64,000 nt of DNA from Myxococcota bacterium (GCA_036229005.1 JAZAMN010000004.1:96001-160000); one strand, 5' to 3'. Shown: positions 20,043 through 29,662, numbered from the stretch's first letter. The notes: a model not told the origin generated them from the sequence alone. Made by a program: numbers and translations.

Positions 20043-20456
20043 TCAGGCCTCGAGCTGCTCGACCGCCAGGCGCACCAGGTCGGTGGCGCTGAGCATGCCC
20101 ACCAGCTCGCCGTCGGGGTCGACGACGGGCAGGGCGCCCACGCGCAGCTCGAGCAGCTTGCGGGCGGCCTTGGACAGCTCCTGGGCGGAGTCCACGGTGA
20201 TGACGTTGGGCGTCATGAACCAGTCGACGCTGCCCTCGAGCTGCCGGGGATCGATGTCCTCGACCCGCATGGAGCGGGCGTCGGGGCCCAGGGCCATCTT
20301 GATGTCCCGATCGGTGAGGATGCCGGCCAGGCTGCCGTCCTCCAGCACGGGGAGCTCGCGGAAGCCGTGCCGAGACATCAGCTCGACGGCCTGCTCGAGG
20401 GTGGCATCGCTCGCGATGGAGACGGGGTTCTCGCTCATGAGATCGCGGACCAGCAT
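20043..20456 (-). CDS. CBS-domain protein
   Basis: Tandem CBS motifs LPVLE..LAGILTDRDI and LPVVD..LVGMLSATDL; RBS GGAGG. Confidence 0.9.
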   Translation of the reverse strand: MLVRDLMSENPVSIASDATLEQAVELMSRHGFRELPVLEDGSLAGILTDRDIKMALGPDARSMRVEDIDPRQLEGSVDWFMTPNVITVDSAQELSKAARKLLELRVGALPVVDPDGELVGMLSATDLVRLAVEQLEA

Positions 20457-20522
20457 GGGGGCCTCCTGTTTGAGGGAAACGTATTGCGGGCGGGGGCGGG
20501 AGGCGACCGGAGGAGGGCCCGG

Positions 20523-22061
20523 GGGTATCCGAGGTCGGGTATCAGGTCTCGGTCGTCAGGCTGGGGCGGGGTCCGGCGGGGTCTCTGGGGCGATCGTGGA
20601 GCTGCATTTGGATGCCCGGAGGCTCCGCGGCCCGGCCGCAGGCCTGGGCCCTCCCCGAGGCGCTTCCCCAAGTCGGCTGCCACCACCGCCGGCCCCAACT
20701 CCTACGTCATCGGCGGTCGCCGGTCGCCGGTGGCCGGTCGCCGCGCCCACCCCGATACCCGATACCTGACTCCTGATACCCCCGCGGCCTCCGAGCCCGG
20801 AGCCGGGGCGGGGTGTCAGGTATCGGGTATCAGGTCTCAGTCATCGCGCTGGTGCGGGCTCCGGTGGGGTCTCTGGGGCGAGCCTGGAGCTGCATTTGGA
20901 TGCCCGGAGCCGCGTGGCCCGGCCGCAGGCCTGGGCCCTCCCCGAGGCGCCTCCCCGAGTCGGGTGCCACCACCGCCGGCACCCACGCCTACGTTATCGG
21001 CGGTCGCCGGTCGCCTGTGGCCGGCCGCCGCGCCCACCCCGATACCCGCTACCGGACTCCGGATACCCCCCCCGGCCCCCGAGCCCGGAGCCGGGGCGGG
21101 GTGTCAGGTCTCGGGTATCAGGTCTCGGTCATCACGCTGGTGCGGGCTCCGGCGGGGTCACCCGGGCGCTCCGTGGCCCGGCCGTAGGCCTGGGCCCTCC
21201 CCGAGGCGTCTCCCCAAGTCGGCTGCCACCACCGCCGGCCCCCACGCCTACGTCATCGGCGGTCGCCGGTCGCCGGTGGCCGGTCGCCGCGCCCACCCCA
21301 ATACCCGATACCTGACTCCTGATACCCCCCGCGGCCTCCGAGTCCGGAGCCGGGGCGGGGTGTCAGGTATCGGGTATCAGGTCTCAGTCCTCACGCTGGT
21401 GCGGGCTCCGGCGGGGTCTCTGGGGCGAGCCTGGAGCTGCATTTGGATGCTCCGGGGGCCGCGTGGCCCGGCCGCAGGCCTGGGCCCTCCCCGAGGCGCC
21501 TCCCCAAGTCGGCCGCCACCACCGCCGACCCCAACGCCTACGTCATCGCCGGTCGCCGGTCGCCGGTGGCCGGTCGCCGCGCCCACCCCGATACCTGACT
21601 CCTGATACCCCCGCGGCCTTGGAGCCCGGAGCCGGGGCGGGGTGTCAGGTATCGGGTCTCAGGTCTCGGTCATCACGCTGGTGCGGGCTCCGGCGGTGGC
21701 TTTGGGGCGAGCCTGGAGCTGCATTTGGACACCCGCAGGCTCCGTGGCCCGGCCGCAGGCCTGGGCCCTCCCCGAGGCGCCTCCCCAAGTCGGCTGCCAC
21801 CACCGCCGGCCCCCACGGCTACGTCATCGGCGGTCGCCGGTCGCCGGTGGCCGGTCGCCGCCCCCACCCCGATACCCGATACCTGACTCCTGATACCCCC
21901 GCGGCGTTCGAGCCCGGAGCCGGGGCGCCCCTCCCCGAGGCGCCTCCCCAAGTCGGCTGCCACCACCGCCGGCACCCACTCAGACGTCATCGGCGGTCGC
22001 CGGTCGCCGGTCGCCGCGCCCACCCCGATACCCGATACCCGATACCCGACCTCCGATACCC
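20523..22061. repeat. Non-coding tandem array of ~260-290-bp units (~5.3 copies) with terminal inverted repeats
   Basis: CGGGT(A/C)TCAGGTCTC recurs at 20536, 20824, 21112, 21371, 21653; 21-bp terminal IR at 20523-20543 and 22041-22061. Confidence 0.9.
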
Positions 22062-22068
22062 GGCCTCG

Positions 22069-22986
22069 CTACTCCGCCTGCGTCTGAAGCTGATGCACCT
22101 GTCCTCGCTCGCGGGCCAGGTTGATCTGCTTCTGTCGCTCACGGAAGGAGGCGCGTTGGTGATCCGACAAGCTCCGAGCGCAGTGGGCGCAGCTCACCCC
22201 CTCCTCGTAGTCCGGGTGCAGACGGTCCTGGGCGCCCAGCGGCCAGCGACAGCCACCGCAGAGGCACCAGTCACCGGGCTCCAGGTCGTGGTTCAGGGCG
22301 ATGCGCCGGTCAAAGACGAAGCACTCGCCCTCCCAGTTGCTCTGTTGGGCCGGGGTCTGCTCCAGGTAGCGCAGGATGCCGCCCTCCAGGTGGAACACCT
22401 TCTCGAAGCCCTGGGCCTTCATCCAGGCGGTCGCGCGCTCGCAGCGGATGCCGCCGGTGCAGAACATGGCGATGTTCTTGCCCTCGAGCTGCTCGCGGTG
22501 GTCCTGGATCCACTGGGGGAAGGCGCGGAAGCTCTCGATGTCCGGGTCGATTGCGCCCTTGAAGGTGCCGATGGCGACCTCGTAGTCGTTGCGCGTGTCG
22601 ATCAGCACGGTGTCGGGGTCGGCCAGCAGGGCGTCCCACTCCCGCGGCGGCAGGTAGGTGCCCACGCCCTGGAGCGGGTCGGCGTCGGGCACGCCCATGG
22701 TCACGATCTCCTGCTTGATGCGCACCTTCATGCGGGCAAAGGGGGCCTGGTGTGCGTGGCTCTCCTTGTGCTGCAGGTCGGCGAACCCGGGGATCGCGCG
22801 CAGCCAGTCCAGCACGGCCTGGATCCCCTCTGGCGGACCGGAGATGGTGCCGTTGAGGCCCTCGCGCGCGAGCAGGAGGATCCCCCGCACGCCCTGCGCC
22901 TGACAGTGCGCCAGCAAGGGCGCCCGCAGGGCCTCGGGGTCGGGGATGGGGTGGAACTTGTAGAGGGCGGCGACCAGATGCGACAT
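22069..22986 (-). CDS. trhO: tRNA U34 hydroxylase, rhodanese-domain (YceA/UPF0176)
   Basis: LYKF, EGLNGT, EIVTMG, DTRNDYE..IGTF, MFCTGGIRCE, LEGGILRY, CFVFDRR. Confidence 0.9.
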   Translation of the reverse strand: MSHLVAALYKFHPIPDPEALRAPLLAHCQAQGVRGILLLAREGLNGTISGPPEGIQAVLDWLRAIPGFADLQHKESHAHQAPFARMKVRIKQEIVTMGVPDADPLQGVGTYLPPREWDALLADPDTVLIDTRNDYEVAIGTFKGAIDPDIESFRAFPQWIQDHREQLEGKNIAMFCTGGIRCERATAWMKAQGFEKVFHLEGGILRYLEQTPAQQSNWEGECFVFDRRIALNHDLEPGDWCLCGGCRWPLGAQDRLHPDYEEGVSCAHCARSLSDHQRASFRERQKQINLARERGQVHQLQTQAE

Positions 22987-23008
22987 GCTCGCGGGATAAA
23001 CGGATCCC

Positions 23009-23536
23009 ATGCCTCCGACCACACCCGATGGCGACGATCGCGCCTACACAGATGCCGTGGACTTCCCCGAGTCCGTGACCCTGCACCCGGTGGCCGTGGT
23101 GCGCTCGCCCTTCGCCCAGCGCCACGGGACCCCGCGCCAGCCCGGCTTTGACGGCCCCAAGGAGTTCGGCGAGGGCCTGGGCCAGGTGGAGCTGCTCCCC
23201 AGCGTGAACCCCCTGGTGCTGCAGGATCTCGCCGGCTTCGACCGCATCTGGCTGCTGACCTGGCTGCACCTGAACGGCCCCGGCGGCCGCCCCCTGGTGC
23301 GCCCCCCTCGCGGTGGCCCCAAGCGCGGCCTCTTCGCCACCCGAGCGCCCCACCGCCCCAACCCCCTGGCCCTGTCCTGCGTCGAGCTGCTCGGCGTCGA
23401 GGGCCGCATCCTGCAGGTCCGCGGCCTGGACCTGCTCGACGGGACCCCGGTGCTGGACATCAAGCCCTACATCCCCACGTTCGACGCCCACCCCGACGCG
23501 AGCTCCGGCTGGCTCGCGGACTCGCTGGAGGACTGA
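23009..23536 (+). CDS. trmO: tRNA (t6A37) N6-methyltransferase TrmO/TsaA
   Basis: TPRQP, VRPPRG..GLFATRAPHRPNPLALS, GLDLLDGTPVLDIKPY; start may be GTG 23057. Confidence 0.9.
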   Translation: MPPTTPDGDDRAYTDAVDFPESVTLHPVAVVRSPFAQRHGTPRQPGFDGPKEFGEGLGQVELLPSVNPLVLQDLAGFDRIWLLTWLHLNGPGGRPLVRPPRGGPKRGLFATRAPHRPNPLALSCVELLGVEGRILQVRGLDLLDGTPVLDIKPYIPTFDAHPDASSGWLADSLED

Positions 23537-24124
23537 GTGCGCGCCCAAGCCAAGGCCCAGACCCGCGCCCGCATCCTGGCCCATGCCCGCAGCCTCTTCG
23601 CCGAGCGTGGCTTCCAGGGCACCACCATCTCGGCCATCGCCAAGGCCGCGCAGGTGTCGGTGGGCAGCGTGCACGCCCACTTCGAGGACAAGGACACCCT
23701 GCTGGCCTTCGCCTTCCACGCCGACCTGGACGAGCGGATCGCCCAGGGCTGGCTGCGGGCAGAGGACCTCGCCGACCCCATCGAGCGGCTGCTGGCTCCG
23801 GTCACCGCGCTGCTGGAGTGGTATGCCCAGGACCCCGAGCTGGCCCGGGATCTCGTCTCCCGGAGCCTCTTCGTGAAGGGGGAGGCGCGGGCCGCGTTCG
23901 ACGCGCAGATCGCCGGGTTCACCGCCCGGGTCGCGGGGGAGCTCCACACCGCGCAGGACTGCGGCCACATCGGCGAGGACATCCCGGTGCAGCTCGCCGC
24001 CCACGGCTTCATGGCCGACTACTTCGCCACGCTGCTGGGCGGACTCCGCGAGGATGAGCTCCTGGTCCAAGAGCTCGTGGGCCAGCTCCGGGCGCTCACC
24101 CGGCTGCGCTGCGGGCTGCGCTAG
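23537..24124 (+). CDS. TetR/AcrR-family regulator
   Basis: GFQGTTISAIAKAAQVSVGSVHAHFEDKDTL. Confidence 0.9.
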   Translation: MRAQAKAQTRARILAHARSLFAERGFQGTTISAIAKAAQVSVGSVHAHFEDKDTLLAFAFHADLDERIAQGWLRAEDLADPIERLLAPVTALLEWYAQDPELARDLVSRSLFVKGEARAAFDAQIAGFTARVAGELHTAQDCGHIGEDIPVQLAAHGFMADYFATLLGGLREDELLVQELVGQLRALTRLRCGLR

Positions 24125-24183
24125 GGCCCCAGACAGGGTTTCGGGGGGCGGCGCCTTGATGGGGAGGGGAGCTCGGATTAGAA

Positions 24184-24211
24184 AATGAATGTATTCATTG
24201 AATAGATTCAA
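24184..24211. promoter_or_regulatory. Two overlapping TGAAT-N2-ATTCA palindromes (probable TetR operators)
   Basis: AATGAATGTATTCATT and TTGAATAGATTCAA in an AT-rich patch before the monooxygenase. Confidence 0.7.
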
Positions 24212-24223
24212 GAGGGAGCCATC

Positions 24224-25318
24224 ATGCACGCCTTGGTCTCAGGAGCCGGCATCGCCGGACTCAGCTTCGCCGCCGCCATGCTTCGTCTGGGCCACCGGGT
24301 CACGCTGGTGGAGCAGGCCCCGGAGCTCCGGGCGGTGGGGGCGGGGATCGTGCTGGCGGCCAACGCGACCGCTTGCCTCTCCTGGGCGGGGATCCCGCTG
24401 GAGGGCCTGGGACGGCCGGTCGGGGGCTTCCGGATCCAGGACCTGCAGGGCCGCAGCCTGGGGGAGACGCTGGAGCTGCCGGGCGGGCACCCGACGCTCT
24501 CGGTGGACCGGGGCGTGCTGCTCGCGCACCTGGCGGCCCACGCAGCGGGTGCAGAGCTGCGCTTTGGACAGCGGATCGTGGACCTCGCTGGGGCCCAGGT
24601 GACGCTGGAGGATGGGAGCACCCTGACGCCGGATGTTGTGGTCGGCGCGGACGGACTGCGCTCCGGCCTCCGCTCCCTGGTCCTGCCCCCGGGGACGGGC
24701 CCGCAGGTGGTGGACTCGGGGCAGGTCTGTTGGCGCGGGCTCTTCCCCACGCAGCCCTCCACGCCGCCGGATCCGGTCGAGTACTGGGGGCGGGGCTCCC
24801 GGGCCGGGCTGGTCCCGCTGGGCCAGGGGCGGGGCTACCTCTACCTGGTCGAGAACGGCGACGGGGAGGGGATGGACGGCCGATTTGGCGACTACCCTGT
24901 GGCCGTGCGGGAGGCCATCGCGGCGGTCTCCAGCTTCCACAAGGACGCGCTGATGGCCGTCGAGCCCCACTGCTTTGTGCGCGACGGGGTGTTCTTCCTG
25001 GGGGACGCGGCCCACGCCCTGACGCCGAACATGGGCCAGGGGGCCTGCATGGCGATCGAGGACGCGGTGCTGCTCGCGGCGCTCCTGGACCAAGACGCCA
25101 CGACGGCTGCGCAGCGCTACCCCAGCCTACGGCGGGAGCGGGTGCGCTGGGTGGCGGACAGCTCGGAACGCATCGGGCGGGTGGGGCAGTGGGAGGGCGG
25201 GCTGGCTTGTGGGCTGCGGGACCTGGTCATGCGCACGACGCCCAAGCGGGTGGGGCAGCAGGTAGCGGCGCGGCTGTGGACCGGCTCGCCGGTAGCCAAG
25301 GGGGAGCTGGGCTCATAG
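24224..25318 (+). CDS. FAD-dependent monooxygenase
   Basis: GAGIAG, GADGLRS, FLGDAAHALTPNMGQGACMAIEDA. Confidence 0.9.
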   Translation: MHALVSGAGIAGLSFAAAMLRLGHRVTLVEQAPELRAVGAGIVLAANATACLSWAGIPLEGLGRPVGGFRIQDLQGRSLGETLELPGGHPTLSVDRGVLLAHLAAHAAGAELRFGQRIVDLAGAQVTLEDGSTLTPDVVVGADGLRSGLRSLVLPPGTGPQVVDSGQVCWRGLFPTQPSTPPDPVEYWGRGSRAGLVPLGQGRGYLYLVENGDGEGMDGRFGDYPVAVREAIAAVSSFHKDALMAVEPHCFVRDGVFFLGDAAHALTPNMGQGACMAIEDAVLLAALLDQDATTAAQRYPSLRRERVRWVADSSERIGRVGQWEGGLACGLRDLVMRTTPKRVGQQVAARLWTGSPVAKGELGS

Positions 25319-25328
25319 GATCCGGGCG

Positions 25329-25997
25329 TTGACCTTGGAGTCTTGGATGAGTGAGCAGCCTTCCTTTGAGCACCTGGAGCGCCACCAGCGCGACCTGGAC
25401 GCGTACCGCAGCAACGTCCGGAACAGCGCGGAGGTCCGCTTCGGCCCCGGCTGGTGGGGCCCCTGGGACCAGTACGTCGACCTGCCCGAGGGCGGCCACA
25501 TCGTCGATCTGGGCTGCGGCCCGGGCACCCTGTTGGGCCGGCTGCGCGCCCGAAACCCCAAGGCCCGGCTCACGGGCGTGGAGCTCCACCCCGCGCTGCT
25601 GGAGGAGGCCCAGCAGCACCTCGCCGACGCCCAGGTCAGCTTGATCCAGGGCGATCTGGCGGTCCCGGTGGTGATCCCCGATGCCTCGGTGGACGTGGTG
25701 GTCTCCTCCCTCTCCTTCCACGAGCTCCCGCACCCCCCGCACCTGCTGGAGAACGCCGCGCGCATCCTCAAGCCGGGCGGCACGCTGGTGCTCTTCGACA
25801 TCGTGAAGTGGCCGCTGTCCGCGTACATGCAGGGCAAGGAGCTCACCCCGGACACGTTGGACCACTACCGCGAGCACTGCCTGTTCTCGCCCGAAGATCT
25901 GGCCTGGCTGGTGCAGGCCCACGGGCTGGAGGTGCAGGAGGTGTTCACGCGGCACTCGGGCAGGTTCGCCTACCTCTTCGCCCAGAAGCCCGCGTAG
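25329..25997 (+). CDS. Class I SAM-dependent methyltransferase
   Basis: VDLGCGPG, SVDVVVSSLSFHE, LKPGG; start TTG 25329 or ATG 25347. Confidence 0.85.
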   Translation: MTLESWMSEQPSFEHLERHQRDLDAYRSNVRNSAEVRFGPGWWGPWDQYVDLPEGGHIVDLGCGPGTLLGRLRARNPKARLTGVELHPALLEEAQQHLADAQVSLIQGDLAVPVVIPDASVDVVVSSLSFHELPHPPHLLENAARILKPGGTLVLFDIVKWPLSAYMQGKELTPDTLDHYREHCLFSPEDLAWLVQAHGLEVQEVFTRHSGRFAYLFAQKPA

Positions 25998-26039
25998 ATC
26001 CCGGCCCACCGTCCATCGACGAGGACAGGCTGAGCGCGC

Positions 26040-26699
26040 TCACCCGAAGCGCGCCCGGGCGCCCGCCCACAGGGTCTCGAGCTGGCTGCGGTACATGGGC
26101 CCGATGGCCTGGGGGCTGCTCTGGGCCAGCAGCAGGGGCACCCCAAAGAAGATGGACGCGGCCGCCAAGGTCAGCTCCATCACGGGGGTGTCCGGGGGGA
26201 GCTCGCCGGCCTGGATGGCCTGGGTGATCCACAGGGGGAGCAGCTCGCCGAGGCCCTGGTCGGACACGGTGGCGGCCTTGGGGTGGTCGTCCAGCCAGAG
26301 CAGGCGCTCGACCAGCTCTACGGGGGGCGTCTGCGTGCCCTGGGTCCACCGGGCCTGGTGGGCGATCAGGCTGAGCATGACGCGCGGGTGCTCCTGGACC
26401 TGCTCGGCGCTGGCCGCGTAGAAGGCGTGGATGCTCTCCAGGGGCCCGAGCTGGGCGCTCTGGAGGGCCACGACCCCCATGCGCAGGCTCCAGAGCTGCA
26501 CAAAGTGTGTGAGCAGGTCCGGCTTGGTGGGGAAGTAGTTGAAGAAGGTGGGCTGGGAGATCTCGGCGGCCTCGCAGAGCTCGCGGACGGGGATGTCCTC
26601 CAGCTCGCGCTCGCTCAGGCGGGGCACCAGGGCCTCCACCAGAGCGACGCGGGTCTTGGCGCGGTTTCGGTCGCGGAGGCCGTGGTCCATGAATCGCAT
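26040..26699 (-). CDS. TetR/AcrR-family regulator
   Basis: IPVRELCEAAEISQPTFFNYFPTKPDL; TACATT-N6-ATG. Confidence 0.85.
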   Translation of the reverse strand: MRFMDHGLRDRNRAKTRVALVEALVPRLSERELEDIPVRELCEAAEISQPTFFNYFPTKPDLLTHFVQLWSLRMGVVALQSAQLGPLESIHAFYAASAEQVQEHPRVMLSLIAHQARWTQGTQTPPVELVERLLWLDDHPKAATVSDQGLGELLPLWITQAIQAGELPPDTPVMELTLAAASIFFGVPLLLAQSSPQAIGPMYRSQLETLWAGARARFG

Positions 26700-26715
26700 T
26701 CCGGCAATGTAGGGC

Positions 26716-27351
26716 TCAGAGCCAGAGGGTGCACCCCACCCCGAAGAACATCGGGGCGGTCCGGCTCCCGCCGCGCCAGGGGGTGTCCAGTCCGGCCCGG
26801 GCGCTGAGCTCCACGCCGTCGCTGACCCGGCGCGCGCCCTGCACGGCCACGGACGCGAGGCCCCCGCTGGGCCCGTACCAGGCGGCGCTGGCGTCCGGGT
26901 GGTCCCGCACCCAGGCCTCCTGCGGGCGGAGCTGGCTGACCAGGTTGGCCGAGCCGCCCAGCTCCAGGGCCACAAAGCCCCGCTCCCACCGCGCCCCGGC
27001 GATGGCCTGGGCGTGCAGCGAGAGGGTCTCCCCGGCGATCAGCGTCCCCGACAGGTGCTGCTCCCGAGCGGCCACGCGCCCGTCCACAAAGAAGCGCTCG
27101 CCCCGGGCGATGGGGGTGCGCGCGGACAGCTCCAGGCGGTGGTCGGCGCCCTCCAGCAGGAACACGGGCACCGTGAGGGTGGCGCCCAGGCTCAGGGGCC
27201 GGCTGGGCAGGCTGCGGGTGTGCAGGACGCCCGCGCTGGCGGTGGCCAGCGGCTCGCCGCCGACGCTGAGCAGGGCGCGGGTTCCGGGGTCGGTGGGCGG
27301 AAGGGTGACCTCGACGGCGGAGGCCATTGCGACCAGGGCGAGCCACATCAC
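26716..27351 (-). CDS. Hypothetical exported, beta-strand-rich protein
   Basis: Short signal MMWLALVAMASA; overlaps the hydrolase stop. Confidence 0.6.
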   Translation of the reverse strand: MMWLALVAMASAVEVTLPPTDPGTRALLSVGGEPLATASAGVLHTRSLPSRPLSLGATLTVPVFLLEGADHRLELSARTPIARGERFFVDGRVAAREQHLSGTLIAGETLSLHAQAIAGARWERGFVALELGGSANLVSQLRPQEAWVRDHPDASAAWYGPSGGLASVAVQGARRVSDGVELSARAGLDTPWRGGSRTAPMFFGVGCTLWL

Positions 27352-28247
27352 AGCACCCCCAGGAGGTGAGCCACGACGGCGTCGGCGGCCACCCAGACCG
27401 CATCGTGCCCGACCCCCTCCAGCGTGAGGACCTGCGGGTCCGAGAAGGGGGCGGCCTGCTCGGCGCGATAGTCGGCGTCCATGATCTCGTTGTCGTCGCC
27501 CCAGATCAGGTGGACGGGGGCGGGCAGCGTGTCCAGGCCCTCGCGGAAGTCCCAGCCGCTGGCCTGCGCGGCGCCGATGGTGTCGACGTAGCCCTGGTAG
27601 CCCATGCGCACGAAGGGCATGGGGTCGTCGGGAGAGAAGTTGTAGCCGGGGAGCTGGTCGCTCATGAGCTGGGCGAAGTTGAGGTCCAGGTGGGCGTGCC
27701 GGTCCGGGGTCAGCATCTGCTCCTGCCAGAACAGGGAGTTGAGGTGATCGGAGCGCATGTCGATCTCGGTCAACCCCATGGTCATGAACAGGGCGTCCGT
27801 GAACGGGCCGGGATCGAGCAGCACCAGCGAGGACACCGTGTCCGGGTGGGCCTGGGCGCTGGCGACGGCGAGCTGACCACCCCAGGAGTGGCCGATCAGC
27901 ACGGCCTGGCCATCGGGGCTGTACGCCGCGATGAGGTCCTGGAGGTCCTGCACGTGGAGCTCGGCGTCCACGCTGCCGGCGTCGTGGCGCTCGGACAGGC
28001 CGGCCCCGCGCTGGTCGTAGATCAGGACCTGGAAGCCGTGCTCGCTCAGGGCGCCCAGGCGCGCCATCCCGAACTGGTCCATGCCGGGACCGCCGTGGAG
28101 CAGCACGACCAGCGGGTCGGCGGGGTCGCCCAGGAGCTGGCCGTGGAGGGTGGTGTCGGCGAGGGTCAGGCGGGGGAGGGTGGGGTCCTCTGCGACGGTG
28201 GGCGGGACCAGGGTCTGGGTGCTTGTGCAGGCCATCAGGAGCAGCAT
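27348..28247 (-). CDS. Alpha/beta hydrolase lipoprotein (proline iminopeptidase-like)
   Basis: LHGGPG, YDQRGAGLS, GHSWGG, GVGH; MLLLMAC. Confidence 0.85.
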   Translation of the reverse strand: MLLLMACTSTQTLVPPTVAEDPTLPRLTLADTTLHGQLLGDPADPLVVLLHGGPGMDQFGMARLGALSEHGFQVLIYDQRGAGLSERHDAGSVDAELHVQDLQDLIAAYSPDGQAVLIGHSWGGQLAVASAQAHPDTVSSLVLLDPGPFTDALFMTMGLTEIDMRSDHLNSLFWQEQMLTPDRHAHLDLNFAQLMSDQLPGYNFSPDDPMPFVRMGYQGYVDTIGAAQASGWDFREGLDTLPAPVHLIWGDDNEIMDADYRAEQAAPFSDPQVLTLEGVGHDAVWVAADAVVAHLLGVL

Positions 28248-28324
28248 GGTGAGAATCCTTGGGTGGACTCTAAATATAGTGAGCATAAAAAATATAGCAA
28301 GGTACAAAATTGGGAGAGATCGGG

Positions 28325-28593
28325 GCGCAAGTGGGGGCGAACGCACGCGCTCGCTGCGCAAGTGGGGTCGAACGCACACACTCGCTGCGCAAGTGGGCGC
28401 CAACGCACACACTCGCTGCGCAAGTGAGCTCCAACGCAACAGAGCGACCCCCAAAGCTGCGTGGAAGGGGCGGCGCTGTTGCGTTCAGCCCAACTTGCGC
28501 GCGGCGCTGTTGCGTTCAGCCCGACTTGCGCACGGGCCTGTTGCGTTCAGCCCGACTTGCGCGCGGGTCTGTTGCGTTCAGCCTGACTTGCGC
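28325..28593. repeat. 31-bp-phased opposed repeat element, family A (GCGCAAGT-N7-AACGCA), 4 forward + 4 reverse copies
   Basis: Forward at 28325, 28356, 28387, 28418; reverse at 28480, 28511, 28542, 28573. Confidence 0.9.
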
Positions 28594-28615
28594 GCGGCCT
28601 CCCCCCAAAGGGAGC

Positions 28616-29662
28616 TCAGAAGCGCAGCTTGTACCGAAGCTGGGCGCCCCAGTTGTCGCGCCCCCCGGCCCGCTCTTCACCGAATGCCTCGATGTTCCAG
28701 GAGCCGCCGTCGCTCTCGTTGCCGAAGCTGGTGCCTGCGGTGGCGCGCCAGGTGTCGTCCGAGTTGTACTGGCCGGTGGCGTAGTAGGAGGCGTTGCCGC
28801 CGTCGCCGTACTTGCCGCGCACCTCGGCGCCCAGGGAGTTCAGGGTCTTGTCGTCCTCCGTGACGCTCTGGCCAAAGAGCCGGGCGCTCAGGGAGTCGTT
28901 CTGGTAGGTCGCGGCCAGGGCGGCGGCGGTGCGCTCGTCGGAGTGGCTGTAGCTGCCCTCCAGGCCGTAGATCCCGCTGTCGGCGGTGTGCCTGATGTTG
29001 CCGTCCACCGAGTAGCTGCCGTCATCGACCGTGTAGGCGCCGTTGAGGGCCGCGGTCGTGTTGCCGCCCTGGTATCGGTAGCCCGCGGTGACCTCGCGGA
29101 CGGCGATGTCCAGGGTGCTGCCCAGGTCCAGGCCGGCCAGGATCGCGTGGCCTCCGCCCAGCCCCATCTTGTGCTCGACGGTGGGGATGTCCTGGTTGGT
29201 CAGGATGTAGGTGGCCACGCCCGCCAGGGCGGCCGCCAGCATGGAGTAGGGGGACCCCATGGCGTAGTCGGAGATCGCGTCGGTCACGCCGGTGTCGGCG
29301 ATCAGCTCGTTGACGCGAGGCTCCAGGGCCTGCTTGAGGGCGTCGCCGAACTGCCTGGCGATCGCCTGCTCGGAGGGCTCGGCCTGGGAGACCAGCCAGT
29401 CGCGCACGGAGCCGAAGGCGTCGTCGACCGCGCCCTGGGCCAGCTTCTCCAGCTTGTCGCGAGAGAGCTCCTTGTTGACCACCTTGAAGAGCTCGCCGCC
29501 CAGGAAGCTGCCCAGGGCCTGCTCGTAGGTCTGCTTGGCGCTCTGCAGCTTGAGCTGCTCGGCGTTGAAGGCGTTGTCACCCACCTGCGTGGGGGTGGCG
29601 GTCTCCACCACGGGCGTGGCGGTGGCCTGGGTTGTGCTCTGGCGCTGGGTCTGGGCGGGCAT
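28616..29662 (-). CDS. Hypothetical protein with C-terminal beta-barrel-like region
   Basis: Clean codon usage; alternating G/Y beta-strand pattern; ends AQLRYKLRF. Confidence 0.7.
   Translation of the reverse strand: MPAQTQRQSTTQATATPVVETATPTQVGDNAFNAEQLKLQSAKQTYEQALGSFLGGELFKVVNKELSRDKLEKLAQGAVDDAFGSVRDWLVSQAEPSEQAIARQFGDALKQALEPRVNELIADTGVTDAISDYAMGSPYSMLAAALAGVATYILTNQDIPTVEHKMGLGGGHAILAGLDLGSTLDIAVREVTAGYRYQGGNTTAALNGAYTVDDGSYSVDGNIRHTADSGIYGLEGSYSHSDERTAAALAATYQNDSLSARLFGQSVTEDDKTLNSLGAEVRGKYGDGGNASYYATGQYNSDDTWRATAGTSFGNESDGGSWNIEAFGEERAGGRDNWGAQLRYKLRF

Noticed and set aside
20367..23151. Long ORFs across the 288-bp array (20367-21605, 21463-23151)
   Set aside because: Low-complexity P/R/G translations, frame changes between units, and the second ORF runs antisense through trhO.
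28325..28593. 31-bp repeats (also at 60070-60307 and 8316-8582) as CRISPR arrays
   Set aside because: No unique 25-40-nt spacers, arms are inverted relative to each other, and no cas genes are in the window.
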